From: Oopsacas minuta | Lineage: Eukaryota; Animalia; Porifera | NCBI GenBank assembly: GCA_024704765.1 | Contig: JAKMXF010000299.1 | Coordinates: 751,368-815,367, forward strand | Reading direction: 5' to 3' | DNA: 64,000 bases | Part shown: positions 38,173 to 52,523 of the stretch, piece by piece | Position numbering within the stretch: the first letter of the stretch is position 1 | Layout: each line of letters starts with the position of its first letter | Translations under genes and position numbers: made by a program | Notes under the pieces: model-generated | What the model was told of the DNA's origin: nothing | Seen by the model: the letters and a program-made list of their open reading frames with translations, nothing else | Databases searched by the model: none

Positions 38173-41100
38173 TATTTGCGTACTTTCACTTTATATCAGT
38201 TAGGGGAATAATTTATAGAAACTATTTTCATTGGAATCTCCAAACTACATACTTAATTTGATATAGTACATAAGAACAGATTTTCAAATATTTTATAGTA
38301 GGTTCAATTTTAGAAAAATCGTTCTAATCATCAATATATTAATCGAACCAAATTTCTACCGTCGAATACCAAAAGAAGATTGGACAGTTGGGATAATATC
38401 ATTCAGCAATGTATAATTAAATAATAAATTATATTCTTTGAATGGATGTCGTAATACATATATAATTACCCGCAGTTAGAACACTGTTTTATGACCTCAT
38501 TTGATTATCCGAGCAAAATTTAAATAGTCGGCTAACCTAAATTAGCTTATGTATATCTGATGACATGAAAAGACAGTTCAATTCTCCCTATGAAAATAGT
38601 GCATACTAATATCTACAAACTTTCCTAGGGTGAGAGAAATTTACTTTTGAAACAAACCCAACAACTAAAAGTTGACAATGGAATTAGATATAAAAACTGT
38701 TGCATATCGAAGCGGGTCCTACAATTGGAATTTTTAGATTATATAACTTTAACGTAAACCAGATGAATTTTCTAATTGGTCAAAGAAAAAGTAATAACAT
38801 TCACACCTAAGAATGTGAATTTTATTAATTTTCCTGACCACAAATTATATCTGAAAAAATGGGAACTTTCATCATACTTTGACAATTTAAATTATGTACT
38901 TTTAGGGTCTTGTTCGACTCAATATTTTGCATAAATATTATTCAGGCAATTATAAACAAAAGAAATTAATCTTTATGAAGCAATGAATTTTTACACTTAT
39001 AAGTGCCCAAACCTGTGTGCATAGTCAATCGGAAATTTCTAAACTAAATGTGTCTTAAACAGTTTAGAATATATTTCAAGACTCGAAGTTAATTGACTGT
39101 AGAAAGGTGATGTTAGAAATTATATAGGCTACGCTCTAGATCCGACTTGAGACTTAATGCTCGACAACGACCCCAGCCGATTGTTATCCCCAAAGCCCCA
39201 ACCAGAGATAAAATGATCCACCCTAGTGCATGCTTCCTGATAAACCCGGGAGAAAGGCTTGCTCCGATCATGCCGAATTTGCCTCTTTCTTTGCACACCC
39301 TAGATGAAAAATCCTGCTACATCCCTTCCCAGAAAATGGCCCCCAAATAATGCAATTGCAGGGTACCCCAAAATTCTCCAGCTGACCCTGAAATTTTGTG
39401 AATGAATAGAATACGTAACAATATCTTTAGCTATTTCGATTGTCAAGAAATAGGTAAAGATATTGATAAGTAAATTTAGTTCAAAAAGAGAGGAAAGATA
39501 TACATAGGCTCCTTTTGCCGTGATTTGAGATATATGTATTTGTAGATATTATATACGTATATAATTATATAATTTGTTAATATTGACAACCCACGAGTTT
39601 GAAAAAGTTTTCAAACATGAGGGAATTTTGAAAATTTTCCAGGCAGAAATTCCAGCCTAATCTATTGTATTAAGTTAAAATTAGTTATGAAACGATCTAC
39701 TTTTTCACAAGCCATCAATTCCAATTATGCTTAGCAAAATAAGCTATTAGGGTCAATGAATGCCAATTGTCAAATCGCCCAATTTGGAATAAAATCCCCT
39801 GGTAGCTATTCCAGTTTTGACTGTAATTTCATCAAACCACTTCCTCATTGAATTAAGGATATCTTTCAGGATATTAATGATTCTCTCGTCACGTTTCCTA
39901 AATACACCCCTCGAAATTTCCCGTTATTCCATCATATTTTACCTATCATATTTTGAAAATTATGTGTGGTTCATATTTTTGTATTCCGGAATGATGTGAG
40001 GCTAAAAAGTGGCATACTGGGTATTTGCTACCCTAGCTTTTCGAATTTCTCTGAAAATCAGTGTAACATTCTTCATTTACAAACAATGGATGGCTCATAA
40101 GTCAATTTTCGCCAAAAAGTTAAATTTTCCAATTTTGACAGCCCCCTAGCGTTAAGGTTATTGATTTATATAGACCTAACTGGTTGTGTACTATCTATGT
40201 TCAGGTGTATCATCACAATTAATTTTAGCAATATTCAGTACAGGACACAGATGAAATGGGTGTACAAGTGAGTGTTCTGTCAAAAACACGACAATACTCC
40301 ATCTTTGGATTAATGGATGACCATGTGGGCAATTGTCTAATTATTTAAAACTTGTATCAACGAAACATATACAACAGATCTATGAATGTACCAAATTTAA
40401 ATTTGTATCTCAACAAGTTCATTGTCTTTGGCCATGGCCTTTGAGCCATTTTAAACTTTTATACATTATTCTCTGTGATAGTATGTGGTTATAATAAATT
40501 CGGAGTGGGATCAGGTCGAAAATATAGGCATGTCGCGATCATATGACCTCTAGGTTATACCATAGCCTACTATACAGTAAGCTAAATAGCAATTTGTAGA
40601 TTTTGGGCTAGGGATAGGTTAGCCGATATAGCAACTGAGAAGTTATTCTTAAATTGTAGAAACCGCGTATTTTTGGCAGAATAAATGTGTGGCATATTTG
40701 TAGGGCAACAAATTATCAATCATTATATACTTGGATATTTCAGAAATGTGTCAAAATAAGTGTCTAGTAAGTATTTATTTAGTAAAATATGTTATTTTTT
40801 GGTTCCCTTATTGAGCATAAACTATTGCGTCTTTCATTTCACAGATAATATCTGAATGATCCATAGACTTTACACAAAATGGTATAACTTTGTAATACAA
40901 ACCTCGTTTTTGTTTTACAGTAGATACCAGGGATGACACATTTTATGAATATCCAATTATAACTCTATAATCGTTAACATTAAAGGATAGCCAATTTGTA
41001 ATAAATAACCGACTTCACATGCACTGTTAATATATTTTGATGTGTAAATCTTAATCTTACCAATGGGAGATATTATTGAATATGCTTATTTCATTATTAT

Positions 41101-41621
41101 ATGGTAATTTTTCAATCTGAAGCAATTATCTTCAAAGATATTTCTATCATTCATATTGGGGGATCTTTTTGATCAGAACAATCCCTCAATAGTCCATATG
41201 ATAGGGCAAGAGTCCCCAAAGTGTAACTCGCGAGTCAGATGTGACTCGTTGAGTACCTACCTTTTTACTCTTTAACCGAGATAATTCATTATTTAGAAAT
41301 TATGATTACTTAAGAGGGTCAAAATTGATTAGGCGGTGGACCACACAAAGTAGTTACGGTACTGTCTAGAGCAGAGTGTAATTCCTTAATCGTAGAGCAT
41401 ATGTATTTTATATTGAGGACAAGAATTATTTAAATAATCGTATAGTGGTCAAGTTTTTTTCTGAAGGATCTCTTTCAACTCATCATACAGTGGGTGCTTA
41501 TAGTAGTAATTTATCTTGCAGCGAGCGCAGAAATATGGGAAGAATGTTAGATAATTATTCGGAGAGCAAAATATTCAAAAAGCAACTAAATGGATTATTA
41601 TGAATATTTTATGTTTATGTA

Positions 41622-42933
41622 CAGGGTGTCTAATAAGTTCTGTTATACAATTTCGCGCCTTAGACAGTAGCTCTTAATATACTTATAAAGTAATCTTCTA
41701 GATTTTCTTGTACCATTTTTGGCGCTCTTTCAAATTATACCAAGTATATATCATTCAAGTTGATGATTTACCAGAAAATCATGTTAGAAGAAATTCGTCC
41801 AAAAATTGTCACTTTTCATGAATCTGGGTTTAGCAACAGTGAAATTCTAAAAAGGCTAAAAAATGATAAAGTCAATCCCATGCTGATCTATCGCACAATA
41901 AAACGCTATATAGAGACTGGGAGTGTGTCTGACAGGAAACGAGTTGGTCGTCCAAGATCCGCTCGCACACCAGCCCTGAAGAATAGTGTTAGATGTCGAA
42001 TCCTGAGAAATCCCCGGCGTTCAATGCGAAAAATGTCTCGTGAATTCTGTGTCAATCACAAAATGATGCGGAAATTGGTTGTAGAGGACCTAGGAATGAA
42101 GTCCTATAAGCGGAAAAACGTACACCATCTTAATGACTCCATACGTCGTAAGCGACTCGAAAGATGCATACAACTAAAAGCCCGATTCGCTCCTGGGACT
42201 GAAGATCAGATTTTCTTCTCAGATGAGAAGCTGTTCACGGTTGAGGAGGCAAGCAATCGTCAAAACGACCGTATACTTGCTTCTCGAAGTCAGGATATCC
42301 CAGATAGCATCAAGTACATTGATAGAGTCTAGAAGCCTCTTTCTCTGATGGTATGGGCGGGTGTGTCGGCAGACTCACGGACAAACCTGATTTTTGTCCC
42401 CCAAGGAGTGAAAATAAACTCCCAGACGTACAGAGAGCTGGTCTTGGAGCCTGATATTGCGTCTGCTGGTGAGAAGCTCTTTCAAAACCATCCTTAGACT
42501 TACCAACAAGACTCTGCGCCTGCACATGCTTCAAAAGTATCCCAGGGTTGGTTCCGAGAGCAAAATATCGATTTCATAAGTAAGGATGAATGGCCACCAT
42601 CAAGCCCAGATTTAAACCTACTCGACTATTCTGTTTGAGCAAACTTGGAGAGCAGGGCCTGTGCGAAATCTCACAAGAGTTTGGAGTCCCTCAAAGTTAG
42701 TTTGTTGAGTGAATGGCAGAAAATCCCACAGGAGGAGCTGCGAAAAGCTGTCCATCAGTTTCGGAGCAGACTAACTTCCGTAATTCATAAAAAGGGAGGC
42801 TATATTGAATGATATTTGTAATGTGTAATTAGGAACATAAGTCCTAAGAAAATAGAAGGTTTCATGGCTTTACAATGGATACATTTGAAATCTTTGGGGA
42901 ATTGATATATAACAGAACTTATTAGACACCCTG
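41622..42933 (+). mobile_element. Full-length DD37D (maT/mori-type) Tc1/mariner element; transposase 41781-42812 with three in-frame stops
   Basis: Perfect 26-bp TIRs CAGGGTGTCTAATAAGTTCTGTTATA, TA on the left. FFSDEK, QQDSAPAH-(37 residues)-D (WPPSSPDLNLLD). No frameshifts. Confidence 0.95.
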
Positions 42934-44528
42934 GACTGGTTCCTGGATCCCCTATGCCTATTACAAGTAGTATGTGTAGTACATATATACACGTATATTC
43001 AGGTGTTTAGACAATAGTAATAATCATACAGGGCAATATATGTTTCTGACTATGTAATATTCTCAGACACGAAGAGGGAATTTTCATACAGCATAAATTG
43101 GAATCATTCATTGCAGAATTTATACTGATATTTGTAAATTGCTTTAGTGATAAATGATAAAATGGCTATGAATACTATCTCTAAATTTATCTCTTTGGGC
43201 CATCTTGAGAAAGAAATTCTATAGTAAGAGAGTGCTATACTATAATATTAATCATCTGTGATATTACACAACAAGTAATGTATATTAATTCTTCTTATGT
43301 GTAGTTTAACTACATCGAAGTCCCTAAATTTAAGTATTTGTTGAAAAAATTTGTAATGAAAACTATAGCAAGTATGACAATATGACTTCTATACGTACTA
43401 ATGATATTAGCAAGTGTTGTATAGTCTTACAGGTATAGTCTATGCAATAATTATAGTGGAGCAATTGAGGAAATTAAGAAACAACAAATAAACATAAATA
43501 TAAAAATCCTAGAAATTTTTTAAGGAAATTGAATTATAAGTTACGAAAGAAGGTATCCATAAATATTGAAGGGGTTCTGAAGAGAAACAACTTCAAGAAA
43601 TGATGTCAAAGTTAGAATTCGTATTATACAAAACACCTGAGAATTTATCGATTTTGCTGGCCTTGCTGTTGATAATTTTTAGCGTTTCACAAAAGTATTG
43701 ATATTGTTAGAAACGTCTATATCTCAACTATCGAGTAGCATAAAAATAATTGAAATTCAGTCGGATTTATGGTAAGAAACATGAGTTTGAACTGACCCAA
43801 CTTTATGTAGAATATGATTCATTCGCTACCACTCTCACTCCCGGCTTAAAATTTGAATTCCCATAGCTCCGCGAGTTGTTAATATTTTTTAATGAAATTT
43901 AATATTCATAAATGTCCATATCACTAAAGTATGCATCTATAATTTCAGAATCGAATTCTGACTCTTAGGTGAGTAAATTCAAGGTAGTCAAAATTTTTAA
44001 CCAAACCTAAAAGAAAAGACCAAACGTAGCAATATAAAACCTCCGATTTAAACATTTCAAAGGCATTTGAAAGTATTAAATCGAATAATAAACCATTATA
44101 AATTCCTCAAAAGCAGTTAGCAAATACAGAAATAAATGTACCAGTTAAGTTTGTGTGAACAGGATAATGACGCAGAGGAAGTTCAAAATGTTAGCTTACC
44201 AGGTAAGGAAGTATAAATAATTTCCAATTTAGACCTTATAGAGTTGTGTAACATAGATTATAAACCACGATCAGTAAATAATTACAAAAATGTAAATGAT
44301 TATAGGATCAAAACGAATATGCGTAACATACCCCAATGAAAAAGGTCTTATTTCAATATGTATTGTTATTCGGATCATGGATACTGAAGGGGATTAATAG
44401 GTCCACAAGTACATCTAATGAGGGTCAGAATATCAGAATCGGAGAATCTGTGTTTTCATATGGTTAGTTATAGAATGTTTAATATATCTTCAAGTGTTGG
44501 GTGGCTAGAATTACAGTTCTTAATTAAA

Positions 44529-45115
44529 TCTATATTAATAAATATCAGTTGTTGTTTGTTTGTCCGTTGGCAAGGAATGGACTTCCGGTATGCAATTCTG
44601 AAATTGTCGCATAACAATGTATTTATTGTTTTTATCAAGGAAGTAAATAGAATTCAGTAAAACTTCACTAAATATCCGATTTTCACATTTTTGAATTAAT
44701 CATATGTAGATTTATTATTGTTTTTATGACTATAAAGTAAACAAGTTTCAAAATTGAGGTAGAATAATTCTTTCAACGACTATACTAGGGTAATCGAGTA
44801 TGTTGAGGCTGAATATGGCATTGTTTGTTTGTTTGTTTGTCCGTTGATATGTATATTTATTGTTGTATTTACGAATATAAAGTAAACAAATTAGCAAAAT
44901 CTCAAAATTTACATAGATACTTGCCCTCAACGACTACAAAGGGGGATTAATCCTACAAAATAATTCAATAACGTAAATACCATATACATATATTTGTGAA
45001 TTACATTGTTCTATATATATATATAATACTCAAAGTGGCCGTCAATTTGGAGAATAATGAATACCTCGAGCCACAATGCGCAGAGTTCATCACGAAGCGA
45101 CGGACCAAATGCTAG
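44529..45115 (+). mobile_element. Non-autonomous Helitron, copy 5 (canonical termini)
   Basis: A|TCTATATT 5' end. 3' end ...CACGAAGCGACGGACCAAATG-CTAG|T. Internal second (TTTG)n module start near 44820. Confidence 0.85.
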
Positions 45116-46064
45116 TAATATATTAAAGTGATATATAACGTAACCTTTTCTAGTATTTAAGGGAGGGGGCTTAAAAATGTATAATAGTGTGGATGAGTTA
45201 TGTTCCTAACGGGGATACGCTATGTTTCTATCGTGCATCCGCTATTCACATTTGATTATAGGCAATATCCACAAGCATATATTGCTGTATATTCACCAGT
45301 GGATCGTTTCCTGAAACTGAAGATGAAATAATCATTTCCTAGCATTGTACTCTAAGAATTCTGATAAATTTCACTCATATATTGATTATATAAATATGTA
45401 AAGATATTCCAAAATATCCTCTACATGAATTTATCATATTTACTTATAAAATAATCAAAAGAGGATACGATTCGAAATATTGTTTAGAATGGTCCCAGGA
45501 TAATTGCCATCCCTGGTCCTAAGATTTGAATAGAAGACTATTTCCCTAGTGTAATGAGAGCTATGATCTATCATAATTCTCTAATAGTACCCATTGCATA
45601 TTTGTTTAATAGATTCATATACAGATAGTGCAGGATCGGCGCCACTGGTCCGGTTAAAACCGGACGACTTTTTGGCGCTGTTACAGTAAACTTCGGATTT
45701 AACGACATCTGTTTTAACGGAAATCGCTGATAACGACACCTTTCTCTAGCCCCGACATCTCCAGCAGAATTTCATGCACACAATACTCCGGGTATAACAA
45801 CATGTTAGATGACGACACTTCGAATATAACGACACTTTTTCAATGCCTGATGCAGCAGAATCACATCGGATATTAAGACTTGGGGGCATTTTGTAGTGCA
45901 GAAAAAGGTCTGTATATGCAGGGACGTTAGCAAAATTAGTCTACTTTGTGAATAAATATGTTACTTGATGCTTTGGATGAAAGCGGTTTATCTAGCTGTG
46001 CCAAATTGCCATGTAGGGAAATAATTGAGTTGTACAAAATTATTCTAGCAGTATAAGAAAAATA

Positions 46065-47371
46065 CAAGGTGGCCAATAAGTTCTGACCAAATTTAAAAAC
46101 TGACCATAATGTAAGATATGTAAGTATTCGCTATTTCTAATGAATTATATCTTGAGTAGACCATTTATCTACCATCATCTAACACCTTGATTGCATATTA
46201 GCCCACACAAGAGTTATTTCACCATGAATCAGGAAAGAGCAGCAATAATTGAATTATTTTCTAATGGAAAACGTCCAGGAGGAAATTTTGAAACTGCTCC
46301 TATCCCTAAATCGGGAAGGAAAATCATTTATCGCACTATCCAACGTTAGAATAAGACTGGGGGCATAAAAGATATGCCAAGAAGCGGTCGACCAAAGTTG
46401 GTAACAACTCCGAGGCTGAAAAAAGTTGTGATCGATAGAATACGGCGAAATCCTCGACGATCCCTCCCGGAAAATGGCCTCTGAGCTCAAAGTTTCGCAT
46501 GGATCGATGCAAAACCTTGTGAAAAACGACTTGCACTTCAAATCTTTTAAAAGAAGAACAATTCACTTCCTTTCTGAGAAATTGTGAAAAAGAGACTTGC
46601 CAGAAGCAAGAGCATGCTGACTCGGCTCGCAACTCAACCCCTGGAAATATCATATTTTCTGACGAGAAAGTATTTACCATAGAAGAAGCGACTAACAGCA
46701 GAATGATCGAATATTAGCCCACACGTCTTCGAGCATCACAGAAAAGACTCTATATGTCAAACGGACTCAAAAACCTCAGTCGGTGATGGTTTGGGCGGGA
46801 ATCTCAGTAAAGGGCCGTACTCCATTGGTTTTTGTCCCAGTAGGGGTAAAAATAAATTCGTCAACATATCAAAAGTTGATTCTGAAGCTTGTGGTGAAAG
46901 ATTTGAGCAAAACGATGTTTAACAAAGAGCCATTTCTATTCCAGCAAGACGGCGCACCGGCTCACACATCAAACATCTCCCAAAATTGGTTACGAGAAAA
47001 CATTCCAGATTTCATTACCAAGGAGGAATGGCCTCCATCAAGCCCAGATTTGAATCCAATGGACTTCTCAATCTGGTCCATATTGGAGAAAAATGCCTGT
47101 GCAAAGTCACAGTCAAGCGTGGAAGCTCTGAATAAGTCTTTGCACCGTGAGTGGGAAAAATTCTACAAGATAACCTACGAGCCACCGTTGAGGCGTTCCC
47201 CCAACGTTTGAAGAGGGTAGTCGAAAAGAAAGGCGGTTACATTGAGTAACTACTATCGAATGTATTGATATAGTTATCTAATAGAACTGGAATAAATCTC
47301 AGTGAATATAGTTTGATAATTTTTTGAATTATGAATTTTTAACAATGGGTGAGAACTTATTGGCCACCCTG
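46065..47371 (+). mobile_element. Second DD37D element (different family), frameshifted transposase
   Basis: TA-CAAGGTGGCCAATAAGTTCT ... AGAACTTATTGGCCACCCTG-TA. FSDEKVF, QQDGAPAH-(37)-D (WPPSSPDLNPMD). Confidence 0.93.
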
Positions 47372-47658
47372 TATATTCAAATACAGTATAACACCAAAGG
47401 CCTTATAAACTGAGCAAGAAACAAGATTTTCGGGGAATTAAGGCGGAATATTGGTAAAGAGGCATCTAGAAAAATAATTCTACGAAAACATGTAGGTATC
47501 AACTAAGCACATTCCGAAACCAAACAAAACCAAGCAGAAACAATTTCGGTCACAAATTTTAGAGAGAAAAATGCTGCTTTTCAAGCTGTGTTTACGCCAT
47601 GTGTCAGTGTTTTTAATGCATAACAGTTGTATATATTGACAAAGGCGAAAACGAACTA

Positions 47659-49694
47659 CAGTAGAACCTCCCTAAGTGGGGTGTCTGGGAAGCACTGCTA
47701 AAATTTTGCACCCCACTTTGGGAAATACCCCACTTCTGACAATAATTAAAAAAAATTTCATTAAGTGTTGTTCTAGATTTTATATGATTTATGGCTACTG
47801 TTCATAAAACTCAACTAAGTTTAAAGAGGAAGGTCGAAATTGCACAGGATCTATCCAAAGGAATGACCCAGTTAGATGCTGTAAAAAAGTACAAGGCCTC
47901 CAAAGGTACTGTGTCTAGGATTGGCAAGGAAAAGGAACGATGGGTAGCTATTAATTTTGAAACACTAGATAGTGCTCCTCGCAAAGGTACGGAAAGAAAG
48001 CGTATAGTCAAGGTTAAGACTATTGATCTGGATGACAAACTTGTTGAGTATATCGTGAGAGCCCGAGATTTAAATGCTATTGTAACTGGTCCAATTATAC
48101 AAAATATTGCCACAATGATTTCGAAGAAGCTGCCCAATTTAGATGGTTTTAGTGCCTCTAATGGCTAGTTAGAAAGGTTCCGAAGCCGCAATAGAATTGT
48201 AAGTAGAGCTCTCCAAGGAGAAAGAGCGTCAGCTCCCATGAATGCTGTTGAGGAATTCAAGAGGGTATTACCTACTCTCCTTAAAGGTTATGACAAAAAA
48301 GATGTTCTAAATGGTGACGAGGTTGGTCTTTATTGGGAACAAAGTGGAAAAAGAACATTGCTTCAGCAAGGCACAGACCCTGCAGGAAGTAAAGTCAGCA
48401 AGAAGAGGATTACTGTGTTCATTGTTGCTGCTATGGATGGACATATGGAGCAAATGATTGTTATTAATCAGTATTCAAAACCAAGAGCATTCTCTAGAAT
48501 TCACTACGACACTAATAAACTCCCGGCATGCATGCAATGGAAAGCGACTCCCAAAGGATGGATGAATTCTACTATTTTCAAGGAGTGGCTTTTATATTTA
48601 AATACAACAATTGAAACACAGAAACGGAATGTCTTGCTCTTTCTTGATAATTTTTCCGGTCATGAATGTGGATTCGAATTAGCAAAGGAACATCTAACCC
48701 ATGTCCGTGTTGAATGGTTACCACCGAATTGTACATCTCTGTTACAACCTATCGATCAAGGGATCGGTAACGCTTTGAAAATTAGATATCGTAAATACCT
48801 CCATGAACACATGTCTAAGATGATTTTCATCGATAAACATCCCATGGAAGGCGTCGATATGTTGCGTGCATGTGTATGGCTTGGTAGGGTTTGGAATTCT
48901 TTACACAATACATCCACTGTTTCTCGTTGTTTTGAGAAAGCTGGTTTCCGCTTTGAATCAGATAATGAAATCATTCCAGATCTAATTTCAGATGTTGTAA
49001 ATCATGATGAGCAGGATATCCTAGATCAAGAAGTTTTAATAGCTGGTCCACCTGCAGTTGTAGACGCTGATCAAGTTCTAGAAATGATTGAGTTGTTCGA
49101 TGCTAAAGAAATCAAGTTAGAAATGCCGAAGAACAGGATGACAGTGGTGCTAAACCTGAAATTGAAATAAATGAAGAACAGGTAGACCTAGAACTAGGTA
49201 GTCGTCCAATAAGTACAAAAGAAGCCATGTTGCGTTTATCTGAACTCGAAAAGTATTTTGAACACAAAGGAATGGATGATGAAGTAGCATGGGTTATCTC
49301 AGTTCAAGACAAAATCCTGGAAAGGGTACAGGCTAATCTGATTCAACCATCAATTGACGTTTATCTGTTGAAGAAGAATAATGAAAATTAAGTGGTATAG
49401 GAAGGATACTATCCAAGTATTGAATTACTTTTAGCATATAGTAGTGATATTTTATGATATATATTCACCCCACTTAGGTACCCCGCTTTGGGAAATACCC
49501 CATTTTGGATACCCCACTTTGGGAATACAAAATGTAAATTTTGTATACAATATTGTTTAAAATTTCAGCAGGCGCACCCCACACCCCACTTCAGACAAAA
49601 ACCCCACTTTGGGAGGTTCATTTAGTGTAGTTTACTAAACACACCAATTGTACACCCCACTTTAGGCAGCACCCCACTTTGGGAGGTTCTACTG
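47659..49694 (+). mobile_element. Full-length pogo/Tigger element; transposase 47791-49391 with one in-frame stop and one frameshift
   Basis: TA-CAGTAGAACCTCCC(T/A)AAGTGGGG TIRs. CENP-B-type HTH N-terminus, LNGDEVGLYW, FLDNFSGH-(35)-D (QPIDQG). CCCCACTTTGGG subterminal repeats. Confidence 0.95.
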
Positions 49695-50324
49695 TACCTT
49701 CGACCAGGATCCACTATTAAAGGAATGTTCGCTGCGATTCTTAAATAATTATCGAAAATAACGATATTAGAAATTCTCAAAAAAATACCGTGATATGTTT
49801 TAGAAGTATCGGAATTTTTTCTGATATTTCAATATTTTCAATATTTCAAAAAAATATCAGGATAATTTTCGATATCGAACAATTTCACGATATATCGTAG
49901 CGATCTAGGAGATTTTTCCCGATATCGTTAAAAGTAAAACCTTGTACATTTTCCAACACACTCAACTATTTTGCACCATTTCCACCGTTTTGCACCATCC
50001 AGTCTGACACAAATAGCATATAGGAACTGTTTGTGGAAGAGCAAAAATAGTAAATTGAATTACAAATCTATAGGTCCAAATAAACCTGTAACAATTTTTA
50101 ACCGTGCGCCGCTTCAGTAATATAGAAATCACATAATTTGTTGTATGGGCTAACGTATCCTAGCCCAAAATCCACAAGTCACTGTTAGGCCTTATGTATA
50201 GTAGGCTATGTAAATATATATATATACTATATTTAGGGAAGAACCCCAGTAACAAGCATATTTGATTGACTGACAAAGGGCCATATGCCCAGAGGAAAAG
50301 AAATTAAGTGAGTATGATAAATAA

Positions 50325-50564
50325 TTAAGAACTATGATGTTCTTGATAATCTTGTATTCGAAGTCCAATTCTTGTATAGACTTTCAGAGATTTGGAGAAA
50401 CAATTGTGTATACACTGGACTTCTTCTGTTGGGATAGTTCTCATTGAAAAGTTATCAACACAATATGAAAAACAACAATCAGCCAATTTGTTATACGACA
50501 TCATAAAATCTTTTATTTGTATTGTTTGAAATGATGAGGTATCCATTTGATTAGGTAAAGACAT
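50325..50564 (-). CDS. TIMM9: Small TIM chaperone of the mitochondrial intermembrane space, TIM9-like (twin CX3C)
   Basis: IKDFMMSYNKLADCCFSYCVDNF...EEVQCIHNCFSKSLKVYTRIGLRIQDY parallels TIM9 (FKEFLGTYNKLTETCFLDC...C...C...RISMRFQEY). ATGs at 50564 and 50546. TIM9 versus TIM10B is not fully certain. Confidence 0.85.
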   Translation of the reverse strand: MSLPNQMDTSSFQTIQIKDFMMSYNKLADCCFSYCVDNFSMRTIPTEEVQCIHNCFSKSLKVYTRIGLRIQDYQEHHSS

Positions 50565-52523
50565 GAGTAGTCTTTGAAAGCATGGTTTGAAAATTAGAAA
50601 AGGAATTAAGGGAAAGTACAAAACATGATACAGTGCAAATAGACAACAATTATCATTGGCACAAGATATAGCTATTCCTCAGGATAACCAGGGCTTGTCA
50701 AAAGGTCCTACATAGTCAGGTCAGGTCTCAATATTAATCAGGTCATGTTTGACGCACTGTTAATTTAGCTTAAAACTCAGAATTATCCATCTGAATGTGA
50801 CAGGGGGCATGGCGCCCCTTGAACCGCCCCTGAGCGAAACTAGTTGATCGTCGTATAGAAGTGATTCAATTCAATTTATGAGGTAAGTGACGAGATTAGC
50901 AAGGTAAGAGTATTAGAGAAGAAATAATACTGGAAATTCCCTGAAACCTGAAAATACACGAAATGACCCGAAATGACTTCGAAAAGAACTGTAATAACCT
51001 GAAAATGGCTTGAAATGACATTAAAATGACTGATTCAAGTCGCTCAAAATTTGGACAGAGCACCTAAAGGTCAGGTCAGGTCAGGTTAGGTTATGATCTC
51101 ACCTTTGACAAGCCTGGTCACAATGTTCTGAGATATTACATCAAAATGTATTATCAGGGTATGTGAAGCTGGGTATATAGGACCTGTTTGCTCGACGATA
51201 TGATCATATCTATAAAGGTTGGCAAAGATTGGCCATGGATGGCATATTTTGGTCAATAGATAAAGATTGACCAAAATATGTCATCCATGGTCACTAGCCT
51301 AGACCATGCCAACTTTATCATGACATTTTTAATATTTTGTATGAACACATCCTTAGAACAAAATGTGCATATTTTGTAGAGGTAAAGGCACTAGTTATTT
51401 CATTACAGTGCATATAACTGGAGTACTTGTTAACAAAATTGTATCGTAATCATTCAGATGACTTCATTTCGTCCGGAAATAATTTGTATGTATAGACAGT
51501 GTGTTGTTAAGAAAATGCACCATTTTGATAGTATCGAAACAAATAGACTTCCCTCTACAAATATATTGATCAACTATTTTATCCCTAGTCAAAAATTATT
51601 AAACGCGCCATTGACTTAAGTACAGAATGCTATGCTAATACATATCACAAGATGAATACAAATTTGAATGTACAGGTAAACGTCCCAAATTCTGAGATGC
51701 GACACTCAACAAGATACGTTGATTTTCTCATACAAATAGTACTTCTTGAACCTCGGAGATAGGACACCTCAGAAATGCGACAACCTCCGAGATTCGGCAA
51801 TATACTTATTATTGCTAAAATCTGATATTTCGTCCCTAAATAGTATATTAAACATACTTTTATCTTGACCGTGAAGCTTATGAACGAATTCAAACGAAAC
51901 TAGCATAAAATTTGAAAAATATTAGAGAAAATTTTATAACCGTCATCGCATAAATGGGGTCTAAACGGGATGGAAGATGGCCGTTTCAACTTTGTGGGTA
52001 GTCTTAATGGGGACAGCTCGGGAGTCAATGTTTTGACACGAATACCAGATCATGATTTAATTTAGAATTTAAACTATTTTTCATGTCCTCATAACCAGAA
52101 ATATTAATCAACCACTACTCAGTCCTGGCTATAGGGCCTAGTAGAGATGAGTCTTTGTAGTATGCGTATAAAAGTTATGGTTGTAGTATGCGTATAAAGG
52201 TTATGGTTGTAGTACTTGTATATAATATGCAAACTCCTACTTTCAAAAATCTGTAATCGGGATAAAAGCCCAGAATAAGCGAGGATATTAAGTTAATCGG
52301 GATAAAAATTCCGATAAACCGATTCGATGTCTCTTATATACGAAAAGTTTTGTAAGTAAAAAATCTGCCCCAAATATATTATCGCGTTTAAGCAGATATC
52401 TCGATTATCCGAGTCACGATAAAGCGGCTTACTTTGTACAATGCTCCCTATAAAAATACGATCAAAGATAATATTTTTAGCTCCTTCGACCTAATGAATA
52501 TATTATTGTCAATTGAATATAGC

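Noticed and set aside
41781-42812. RIP-like or deaminase-directed mutation implied by three transition-type stops
   Set aside because: Three events with inferred ancestral states in mixed contexts fit ordinary transition bias.
50565-50621. N-terminal extension of the TIM9-like ORF
   Set aside because: Non-ATG start. The pyrimidine-rich stretch ending in AG looks like UTR or a short intron.
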